64,000 nucleotides of DNA. Origin: Sporichthyaceae bacterium (GTDB lineage Bacteria; Actinomycetota; Actinomycetes; JACCUZ01). Positions 56,996-64,000 of the stretch are shown here, in pieces (position 1 is the first letter of the stretch; each line of letters starts with the position of its first letter). The position numbers were made by a program, and so were the translations under genes. The stretch spans positions 683-64,682 of the forward strand of contig JANLYQ010000019.1 of assembly GCA_031365725.1 (NCBI GenBank), read 5' to 3'. The notes below the pieces were generated by a model. The model saw only the letters and a list, made by a program, of their open reading frames with translations, was not told the DNA's origin and made no database searches.

Positions 56996-58399
56996 TCAGC
57001 GGTAGTCGGGCACGGGGTCCGGACGGGTCATGGAGCCGCGCATCGCGAGATACACCGGGATGCCGATCAGCGAGGCAGCCCCGGCCATCAGGAACGGCCC
57101 CCACACGACGTACCAGGAGCTCCCGGTGTTGGTGGAGTAGTAGATAAAGGCGATGGACATGACCAGGGCGACGACGGCAACCGAGACGTCGAGTACGAAG
57201 CGCGGCGTCCTGCCCTGCCGGTGGTCCCGCCAGCGCCAGGTGAGCTGAGCCAGCGCCGAGAACGCGTAGGGGATGGCCGCGGTGATCCCGGTCATCAGCA
57301 CCAGCGTGGTGAAGACCGTGGCCCCGCTCGTGCCCAGGTAGCTCAAGATCACGGCGAGAGAGGCCAGTGCCGTGGAGGAGATGACACCGAAGGCTGGCAC
57401 CCCTCGACCGTTCAGCTGCGCGAAGCGTCGCGGGAACAGGCCGTCGTTGGCGGCCGCCAACGGCATCTCGGCCACGATCATCGTCCAGCCGTTGAGGGCG
57501 CCGATGCCGGAGATGATCACCGCGAGAGCCACCAGGTTGCCAGCCCACGATCCGCCGCCGACGATCACGTTCGCCGCAGCGGAGTAGGACGCCTTGTTGC
57601 CATCGAGTGCCAAGGCACTTGCCGGGAGGATCCCGAAGACCGCGACGAGAGAGAGCACGTAGACGACGCCGCTGGCAAGGGTGCCGTAGATCGTCGAGCG
57701 TCCGATGTTGCGCGCCGGGTCACGCACCTTGGCAGCCGCGACCGATGCCGTCTCGACGCCGAGATAGCTGAAGAGGCAGATGGCCATGGCGCCGCCGATC
57801 GCCGAGAGGTTGCTGCTCCCGCTGGTGTTCCACGGGGTGAAGTTCCCGGCACTGATGAAGAAGAGCCCGAGCGTCGACATCAGTGCCAACGGGAGGAACT
57901 TCAGCACGGTGGTCCAGAGCTGGAAGACGCCCATAGTCCGTACGCCGACGAGGTTCACCACGGCCGGGATCCACAGTCCGGTGAGCGCGATCAGGATGGA
58001 CCAGGCGGTGCTCCCACCCTTGTTGACGAAGGTCTCCACGTAGTACACCCAGCCCACCGCGATGGCGGCGTTGCCCGCCCAGGCGGTGATCCAGTACGAC
58101 CACGCGTTGCTGAAGCCGAGACCGTTGCCGAACGCAGCCCGGGCGTAGGCGTACGGCCCACCGTCGGCGGGGAGCCGGCGGGACATGACGGCGAACATCA
58201 TCGCCAGCGCGATCGCGCCGACCGTTGCCATGCCCATCGCGACAAGACTGATGGGACCGTAGGACGCGATCGCGTAGGGCAGGCTGAAGATGCCGACGCC
58301 AATGATGCTGCCCATGACGAGCGCAGTCGACTGGGGGAGCCCTAGTCGCTGCCCTGTCGTACTGCGGGAGACGGTCCCGCGGTCCAGTACCTGTGTCAT
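56996..58399 (-). CDS. APC-family amino acid permease (ArcD-like arginine/ornithine antiporter by context)
   Basis: [34 protein letters not shown], about 12 TM helices. Confidence 0.88.
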   Translation of the reverse strand: MTQVLDRGTVSRSTTGQRLGLPQSTALVMGSIIGVGIFSLPYAIASYGPISLVAMGMATVGAIALAMMFAVMSRRLPADGGPYAYARAAFGNGLGFSNAWSYWITAWAGNAAIAVGWVYYVETFVNKGGSTAWSILIALTGLWIPAVVNLVGVRTMGVFQLWTTVLKFLPLALMSTLGLFFISAGNFTPWNTSGSSNLSAIGGAMAICLFSYLGVETASVAAAKVRDPARNIGRSTIYGTLASGVVYVLSLVAVFGILPASALALDGNKASYSAAANVIVGGGSWAGNLVALAVIISGIGALNGWTMIVAEMPLAAANDGLFPRRFAQLNGRGVPAFGVISSTALASLAVILSYLGTSGATVFTTLVLMTGITAAIPYAFSALAQLTWRWRDHRQGRTPRFVLDVSVAVVALVMSIAFIYYSTNTGSSWYVVWGPFLMAGAASLIGIPVYLAMRGSMTRPDPVPDYR

Positions 58400-58471
58400 G
58401 GCGACCTCTCCGACAAGGGCCAGCCCCTCATCCAGCAGCGCCACGCAACCACGGCTCGGGCTCGGTCGTCA

Positions 58472-58518
58472 GGGCCAAAAGTCCCGGTGCGCCCTGCTGG
58501 ACGGGAGGCCTCAGGCCC
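58472..58518. promoter_or_regulatory. DosR-like box upstream of the arc operon
   Basis: GGGCCAAAAGTCCC (58472-58485) and weaker GAGGCCTCAGGCCC (58505-58518). Confidence 0.68.
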
Positions 58519-58641
58519 GGCCGAGGAAGGCAGGACCCGCGGCCTTTCGGACCACGTCATCGGATCGCTAGACCGACGGAGTTGCTGCAGGTGAGTCTGT
58601 TCTCGTCTTCTCCGCAATCGCGTCCGCCTACCGCATCTCGT

Positions 58642-58743
58642 AGGCTGGTCCTGGCCACGACGGCCCTCTCCCATGTCGTTCCCGGTGGTGGAGCCGGAGG
58701 GGCTGGCTTGGGCTACGAGCTGCTCATCGCTGAAGGCGTCCCG
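58642..58743 (+). pseudogene. Possible fragment of a lysylphosphatidylglycerol-synthase TM (flippase-like) gene
   Basis: RLVLATTALSHVVPGGGAGGAGLGYELLIAEGVP resembles that family's internal motif; no credible start. Confidence 0.35.
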
Positions 58744-58801
58744 AGAGCCACAACCAACCGCGGCGCCACGACCTCGGCCGGCTCCCGCTATCCCGGACCC
58801 G

Positions 58802-58815
58802 AGGACTTTCGGCAC
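58802..58815. promoter_or_regulatory. DosR-like box upstream of the CPBP gene
   Basis: AGGACTTTCGGCAC, 35 bp before ATG 58851. Confidence 0.5.
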
Positions 58816-58850
58816 TGGCCATCGGCCGGGCACAGCGTGAGTGTTGTGCC

Positions 58851-59777
58851 ATGGCAGTCGAACCGGTGAGTGCGACGAGGGCAGAGTTGGCAGACGGTCG
58901 AGGGGCGCCGCTCGGAGCGAACGTCTTAGACCGCTTGGATGGCGAGGCTGACCGCGACGGTCGCGTCCTGAGGTGGGTGCGTTCGCATCCGCTGTCGTCT
59001 TTCGTGCTGCTGACGTACGCCGTGTCCTGGGCCTACTGGGTGCCCCTCGTGCTGACCGGTCACGTCGTGCGACTTGGTTCGGCCGCGACCCAGTTTCCGG
59101 GACTTGTCGGGCCGCTGGTGGCAGCGTTCGTGCTGACTGCCCTGACTGGCGGCTGGGCCGGGATTCGCGACTTGTCCTCGCGGGTGCTGAGGTGGCATGT
59201 GCCGGCGCGGTGGTGGCTGTTTGCGGTGGGAACGCCACTCGTGCTGCTCGGGCTCACTCTCGTGGCGCTGGCCATCGGTCCGGGGACGCCCGCGCTCGCC
59301 GGCTTCGGCCGGATGGCCGGCTTGCCCCAGTGGGGGGTGCTGTTCGTCTGGGTCGCGCTGATCGTCGGAGCGATCAGTGAGGAGGCGGGCTGGCGCGGGT
59401 ACGCGCTGCCGATGTTGCGCCGCCACAACGACGTCCTGAAATCAAGCCTTCTGCTGGTCCCGATCTGGGCTGGCTGGCACCTGCCGCTGCTCTTCCTGCT
59501 CAAGAGCTACCGCGACCTCGGGCCGGTCGGTGTCCCCGGCCTCCTGATCGGGTTGGCGTCCGCTTCGATCATCCTGACCTGGCTCTATGAGTCTGCGGCC
59601 AGCAGCGTGCTGATCGCGGCGGTGTGGCACGGCACGTTCAACCTGACGTCGGCCACCGACGGGGCACACGGAACGGTCGCGGCAGTGGTGAGCACCGGAG
59701 TGATGGCCGGAGCTGCTGTCCTTGCCTGGCGTCTGCACCGCCGGGCGAGCCTCGCCGGAGTCGCTCGCCATGGCTAG
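58851..59777 (+). CDS. CPBP (Abi/CAAX) family intramembrane glutamic protease
   Basis: SEEAGWRGYALP, WAGWHLP, AAVWHGTFN, multiple TM helices. Confidence 0.9.
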   Translation: MAVEPVSATRAELADGRGAPLGANVLDRLDGEADRDGRVLRWVRSHPLSSFVLLTYAVSWAYWVPLVLTGHVVRLGSAATQFPGLVGPLVAAFVLTALTGGWAGIRDLSSRVLRWHVPARWWLFAVGTPLVLLGLTLVALAIGPGTPALAGFGRMAGLPQWGVLFVWVALIVGAISEEAGWRGYALPMLRRHNDVLKSSLLLVPIWAGWHLPLLFLLKSYRDLGPVGVPGLLIGLASASIILTWLYESAASSVLIAAVWHGTFNLTSATDGAHGTVAAVVSTGVMAGAAVLAWRLHRRASLAGVARHG

Positions 59778-60237
59778 CCGACGGACCGGCAGTTGGGTCC
59801 GCAGCCATGTCGCGAACCCGACGCTACGGGCGGCACTGCGGTCCCCGGCCCACCGAGCACTGTCCGGATCCCTACTCCTGCTCGACTACACCAGTCGGTC
59901 CGGGCGACGCTGCGTGTTCCCAGTCCAGTACTCAGTCTCTGGTGAGGAGCTGGTGGTCGTCGCTGGCGATCACCGCACAAAGACGTGGTGGCGCCACTTC
60001 GACGACCATCCCCAACAAGTGATCGCCTACCTTCGTGGTCGCCCCACCCAGGTGAGCATGAGACTGCTCATCGCCCGTCCCGACGACCGGGCCCGAGCTG
60101 TGGCGTCGTACACGAAGCGATTTCCCAAGGCGAACGTTCTGCCCGACAGCCCGGTCCTCCTGCTCGTGCCCATAGCCGCAGCCGTTGCGGCGAGCACGCC
60201 GTCGGTCAATGGCCCGGCGCCACTGACGCCAGAGTGA
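59770..60237 (+). CDS. F420-binding split-barrel (deazaflavin nitroreductase-like) protein
   Basis: ANPTLRAALRSPAH, LLLDYTSRSGR..FPVQY, KTWWRHF; ATG overlaps CPBP stop. Confidence 0.7.
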   Translation: MASRRTGSWVRSHVANPTLRAALRSPAHRALSGSLLLLDYTSRSGRRCVFPVQYSVSGEELVVVAGDHRTKTWWRHFDDHPQQVIAYLRGRPTQVSMRLLIARPDDRARAVASYTKRFPKANVLPDSPVLLLVPIAAAVAASTPSVNGPAPLTPE

Positions 60238-60946
60238 GCTCTGGGACTCGGCTGGGGTCGTTGAGCAAGGCTCGCGACACATCCCCCAGCCGCTGGTCCG
60301 TGGAGCGTGCGTACCCGCGCAGGAGGACGAATGCTTGGTCCACGTCGACCCTGCGGAGCCGGGCCAACGCCCCTTTGGCTTGCTCGACCACGATCCTGGC
60401 GTTGAGCGCTGCCTGGAGCTGCTCGGTCAGGCTGCCGTCACGCGCCAACGTCGGTTCGTGGAGGATCGCCAAGGTGGCGACGTCGGCCAGTGCCTGGACA
60501 AGGCGCACCTCGCTCGCTTCGAAGGCCAACGCCTCGTTACCGAAGATGTTCAGCGCGCCGATCACTCTGTCCCGCACACGCATCGGGAAAGCGTGTACCG
60601 AACCGAAGCCGTACTCACGAGCCCGCGGGGCAAACAGGGGCCATCGCTCGTCAGCCCGCGCCAGGTCCGAGTTGATCACCGGAGTGCCGCTGCGAAAGCA
60701 GTCCAGACAAGGGCCTTCCTCGTTCTGGAGCTGGAAGAGCTCCAGGAGGCGAGCGTTCTCGTTCGACGCCGCCATGTAATGCAGGTAGCGGTGTTGGTCG
60801 GTGAGGAGGAGCCCGACGGACGCCGCGCCACTCACGCTCGCCGCATGAATGGTCAGATCATGCAGGAAGGCGACCAGGTCGAAGTCGGACACCAGGGCGT
60901 CGGAAACATCCGCGAATACGAATGAGAGACGTTCGACCGAGATCAC
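60206..60946 (-). CDS. GAF-ANTAR domain protein
   Basis: FADVSDALVSDFD, LELFQLQNEEGPCLDC, HAFPMR, LQAALNARIVVEQAKG, AFVLLRGYAR; AGGAAAGGAGG before GTG 60946. Confidence 0.9.
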   Translation of the reverse strand: MISVERLSFVFADVSDALVSDFDLVAFLHDLTIHAASVSGAASVGLLLTDQHRYLHYMAASNENARLLELFQLQNEEGPCLDCFRSGTPVINSDLARADERWPLFAPRAREYGFGSVHAFPMRVRDRVIGALNIFGNEALAFEASEVRLVQALADVATLAILHEPTLARDGSLTEQLQAALNARIVVEQAKGALARLRRVDVDQAFVLLRGYARSTDQRLGDVSRALLNDPSRVPELTLASVAPGH

Positions 60947-61103
60947 CGGCGTGGCCCTCCTTTCCTGGGATGCGGCTCCAACGAGGTCTGGCCGAGGATC
61001 ACCTGCGGGCCCACCGTACGCCTCGAGGGAATCGGTGACGGCGTCGGCGCGAAGGCCCGAGCCCCATGGGGCGTACGTTGGGGAGGTTCGCTGTAGAGGC
61101 CCC

Positions 61104-61136
61104 GTCGGTGCCCGACCAGTGACCGGAGAGGTCACT
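61104..61136 (+). promoter_or_regulatory. Tandem hairpins covering the RBS of the second ANTAR gene
   Basis: GTCGG-TGC-CCGAC (61104-61116) and AGTGACC-GGAGA-GGTCACT (61118-61136), ending 1 nt before ATG 61138. Confidence 0.4.
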
Positions 61137-61137
61137 C

Positions 61138-61896
61138 ATGCTGGATGGTCACACGAGCGAAGATGACCAGCAGGGTCGACGGTTGAGGGCGAGAGTCCTC
61201 TCCGCGATGGCCATCGCAGCTCCGCACCCCGGAGAGGCCGGTCCGACGGGTGTTCTCAACCGGCTCTGCCGCACCATCGTGACAGACCTCGGGGCCATGG
61301 GAGCGGCCGTCAACCTGATGGCTGGCCCCTCACACGCCCAAGCTGTGGTGGGGATGTCCGATGACAAGAGTGCGGTGGTGGACGACCTGCAGTTCACTGT
61401 CGGAGAAGGGCCCTGCCACGACGCCTTGCGCACCGGTCGTCCGGTGCACTCCAGTGATCTGGGAACGGAGACCCGCTGGCCGGGGTACTGCTCCGCCGCC
61501 CAGGAGCACGGGGTGCTGGCGGTCTATGCGTTTCCGCTCCAGGTGGGCGCGGTCAGCCTTGGGGTGCTCGACGTCTACGACTCTCGCCGGCGGGTGCTCG
61601 ACGAAGGGGCCCTGGGACTGGCTCTGGCCTACGCCGACATTGCCACCGAGAGCCTGCTCCACAGCAGCGGCGACGACACAAGGTTCATCGACCCCGGCCT
61701 CCGGACCGCCCTCGGCTCGCGCGCCCAGATCTACCAGGCGCAGGGCATGGTCAAGGTCGACAACGACATCTCGCTCAACGAGGCCATGATCCGCATCCGA
61801 GCCTTCGCCTACGGAAACCGGAGAGCGATCGCCGACGTAGCTCATGACATCGTCGAAGGGACTCTGGTACTCCCCACAACGGCGTCCCGCCTATGA
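61138..61896 (+). CDS. GAF-ANTAR domain protein
   Basis: LQFTVGEGPCHDA, AVYAFPLQVGAVSLGVLDVY, RAQIYQAQGMV, AMIRIRAFAY. Confidence 0.9.
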   Translation: MLDGHTSEDDQQGRRLRARVLSAMAIAAPHPGEAGPTGVLNRLCRTIVTDLGAMGAAVNLMAGPSHAQAVVGMSDDKSAVVDDLQFTVGEGPCHDALRTGRPVHSSDLGTETRWPGYCSAAQEHGVLAVYAFPLQVGAVSLGVLDVYDSRRRVLDEGALGLALAYADIATESLLHSSGDDTRFIDPGLRTALGSRAQIYQAQGMVKVDNDISLNEAMIRIRAFAYGNRRAIADVAHDIVEGTLVLPTTASRL

Positions 61897-62731
61897 GCTC
61901 GTTCGCCACGCAAACATCGAGCTCCGCTCGACCACCTCTCGCCACTGCGTACCTGCTGACGGCTGCAACGGCAACCACGATGGCCACGGTCACGGTGGTC
62001 GGCGTCTTCGCCGCCGGCTGGCTCTACCGCGACAACGCGCTGGTGACGGCGACGTTGCATGGCCAGGATGTGGTCACGCTCGTTGTCGCGGTCCCGTTGC
62101 TCGTGCTCGGCATGCTGTGGGAGATGCAGGGATCGCTGCGGGGGCGACTGTTGTGGCTCGCATGCTGTTCTACGCGATGTATGCCTACCTGTTTTTCGCG
62201 GTGGCTGCGGCGTTCAACCAATTCTTCCTGCTCTACGTCGCTACGTTCGGACTGCCGTTGTACGCCTTGCTCATTGCTGTACCGCGCCTCGATGTCACCC
62301 GGCTAGGTGCCTCGATGCGCGGACGCGCCGCTCGCGTCGTCGCGATCGCGTACACCAGCCTGGTGGCCTCCGGACTGGGACTGCTGTGGGTCGGACTCTC
62401 GCTCAGCTATCTGGTCACCGACAAGGTCCCTCAACCGATCGTGGACTCCGGGCACCCGACGGGGGTGGTCTTCGCCATCGACCTCGTCTTCATCGTGCCA
62501 CCCATGCTGCTGGCGGCCGTCTGGCTGACCCGCCGCCAAGCGATCGGCTGGGCATTGGCCGGGGTCATGAGCGTGGGAGGCGGTCTCTACACACTGTCCC
62601 TGGCGGCCGCGAGCGTCGAGGTCGCGCGCGAAGGCGTCGGCGCTGGCTCAGAGCTGCCGATCTGGTCGGGTCTGACGGTGCTGGGCATCGTCACGGTCGC
62701 CCTGCTGGGTAGCGGCCTCCAGCGAGGCTAG
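61893..62731 (+). pseudogene. Multi-pass membrane protein split by an apparent 1-nt frameshift near 62160
   Basis: Frame 1 YRDNAL..GQDVVTLVVAVPLL..GSLRGRLLWL continues in another frame as MLFYAMYAYLFFAVAAAFNQFFLLYV; restoring one G (ctc ggc atg) gives a continuous TM protein. Confidence 0.7.
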
Positions 62732-63433
62732 CTCCCGCCCTGACGTCGTCCTCAACAGTTCGGGGGACGTGGTGTCTTTGGCCAAGGTCTCCGCGCGCTC
62801 CTTGATTCCTCGCAGCATCCTGCGCATCATCGCGAAGTCTCCGAACTCCATCAGCACGACCCCCAAGAGCGCTGATAGCGGGCGGCTCCACCGGTAGCTC
62901 GCGTGCACTCGGGTGACGAGGCGGGTTGTCCCGTGCTCGGTCTCGGTCAGCTGCCACACCCAGGTGCTGTCGGGTTTGCGCCAGAGCAGCCACTGGTTGA
63001 CCTCGTAAGAGTCGACCCGCAGCGCATTGAGCTCTGAGGGCGTTGTCGGCGACATCGGTATCCACTGGCCCAGGACCAGGTGCTGGAGATCGGGGACGAG
63101 CTCTCGGGCACTCGGGTGCCCAAGGTTGTCCAACAGGTCGTTGCTGTAGAAGCCGGCGCGCAGGCAGCCGACCTGGACCAGCCATGGCCAGACCAGAGTG
63201 GGAGCGGCGTCGATGGAGATGGCCCGGGTGCATCGGAACTGAGCCCGGCGCACCAGCTCATCCCCGGGTAGGGCGGCTGCGACTTCCTTGGCCGTAGCGC
63301 CCCAGCGGAGGTGCCAGCGACGGAACAGAGGCGACGTGAGGAACAACGGCAAGTCTGCGATGACCAAGAGCACCTGGCCACCGAGCTCTTCTGCAGTGGG
63401 TCGCGGCGTTCCAGGAAGTGTCGCTGGCGTCAT
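62648..63433 (-). CDS. SRPBCC-like hypothetical protein
   Basis: HLRWGAT..E..LPGDELV, TRAISIDA..VWPWLVQVG..RAGFYS, STWVWQL..TRLVTR, FAMMRRMLRGIKERAE. Confidence 0.75.
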   Translation of the reverse strand: MTPATLPGTPRPTAEELGGQVLLVIADLPLFLTSPLFRRWHLRWGATAKEVAAALPGDELVRRAQFRCTRAISIDAAPTLVWPWLVQVGCLRAGFYSNDLLDNLGHPSARELVPDLQHLVLGQWIPMSPTTPSELNALRVDSYEVNQWLLWRKPDSTWVWQLTETEHGTTRLVTRVHASYRWSRPLSALLGVVLMEFGDFAMMRRMLRGIKERAETLAKDTTSPELLRTTSGRELASLEAATQQGDRDDAQHRQTRPDRQL

Positions 63434-63612
63434 CTGTGGCTCCGTTGGCTGGCGGCGGGTGAGCCGGTCTGCGGCGCGAGAGGACGTTCCGTCGTGGTCG
63501 TCACCGCGCCGTTGCCCTCGTTGTAGGTGATGGTGTCGAGACAGAAGTCCAGGTAGGTGAACGACCCGTTGGGTCCTTGCTCTGCCAAGTGGCGGTTGAC
63601 GTGCTCCTGCAC
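63430..63612 (-). CDS. Short ORF or gene remnant, 60 aa
   Basis: GC3-biased codons over the first about 40 codons; stop overlaps the downstream ATG; no recognisable domain or RBS. Confidence 0.3.
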   Translation of the reverse strand: MQEHVNRHLAEQGPNGSFTYLDFCLDTITYNEGNGAVTTTTERPLAPQTGSPAASQRSHR

Positions 63613-63628
63613 CCACCTGCTGGGGCCA

Positions 63629-64000
63629 CTAAGCGCTGGCGATGGCCTGCAGGATGTTCAGGCGCATGGCACGCAAAGCCGGAAGGACCCCGGCGAGGAC
63701 CCCCACCAGGCCGGACACCACCAGCATCGTGAGGATGAGGGCCCAGGGGATGGCGAGGCTCGTCAGCCCTTGCGAGACCAAACCCCGTTGGAGCGCCACT
63801 CCGAGTCCGAGCCCGAGGGCGGTCCCCAGCACCGCACCGAACACGGCGGTGGTCACCGCTTCGATGGTGATCATCGCGCTCAACTGCCGGCGTCGGAGCC
63901 CGATCGCCCGCAGGAGGCCGATCTCACGGGTCCGCTCGAACACGGACAGGGCCAGCGTGTTGATGATGCCTAGGACCGCGACGATGACACTGAAGAGCAA
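63629..64000 (-). CDS. ABC transporter permease (FtsX-like) C-terminal part; 5' end outside the window
   Basis: LGIINTLALSVFERTREIGLLRAIG..QL..MI..EA, PALRAMRLNIL. Confidence 0.92.
   Translation of the reverse strand: MLFSVIVAVLGIINTLALSVFERTREIGLLRAIGLRRRQLSAMITIEAVTTAVFGAVLGTALGLGLGVALQRGLVSQGLTSLAIPWALILTMLVVSGLVGVLAGVLPALRAMRLNILQAIASA

Noticed and set aside
1-64000. Integrase, transposase, prophage or defence system
   Set aside because: No recognisable motifs, terminal inverted repeats or att duplications of the tRNA 3' end were found by eye.

Overview
This is a very GC-rich actinobacterial chromosome segment with no CRISPR array, integrase, transposase or rRNA visible. (1) 1-10.1 kb holds housekeeping and accessory genes: a flavohaemoglobin-like globin-reductase cut by the window edge, a secreted protein of unknown function, a PLP decarboxylase, a TauE exporter, an FAD oxidoreductase + Cfa methyltransferase pair of the 10-methyl-stearate type, and a membrane PAS-GGDEF-EAL protein. 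(2) 10.2-21.4 kb is a complete selenocysteine locus (selD, fdhD and a dksA-like gene divergent from tRNA-Sec, selA and selB). It serves a Sec-containing formate dehydrogenase (UGA at 16837 with a SECIS hairpin), a 4Fe-4S subunit and an NrfD anchor. The alpha subunit carries an apparent 2-nt frameshift near 19121, and a 17-unit heptamer array follows the tRNA. (3) About 21.5-59 kb is a hypoxia/dormancy island: DosR/DosS-like two-component system, Acg, four universal stress proteins, ppdK, adh, two P-type ATPases, sqr-tusE-dsrE, acetyl-CoA transferase, ackA, phosphoketolase and an arginine deiminase operon. Eight promoter regions carry DosR-like 14-bp palindromes. A reductive pyrimidine cluster with an F420 LLM enzyme and two coupled membrane-tethered stalk proteins with a shared H-x-x-T-G-A-S motif (candidate ApbE flavinylation substrates) interrupt the island. 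(4) 59-64 kb holds a CPBP protease, an F420 split-barrel protein, two divergent GAF-ANTAR genes, a frameshifted membrane protein and a truncated ABC permease. All calls come from reading motifs by eye; no database searches were run.
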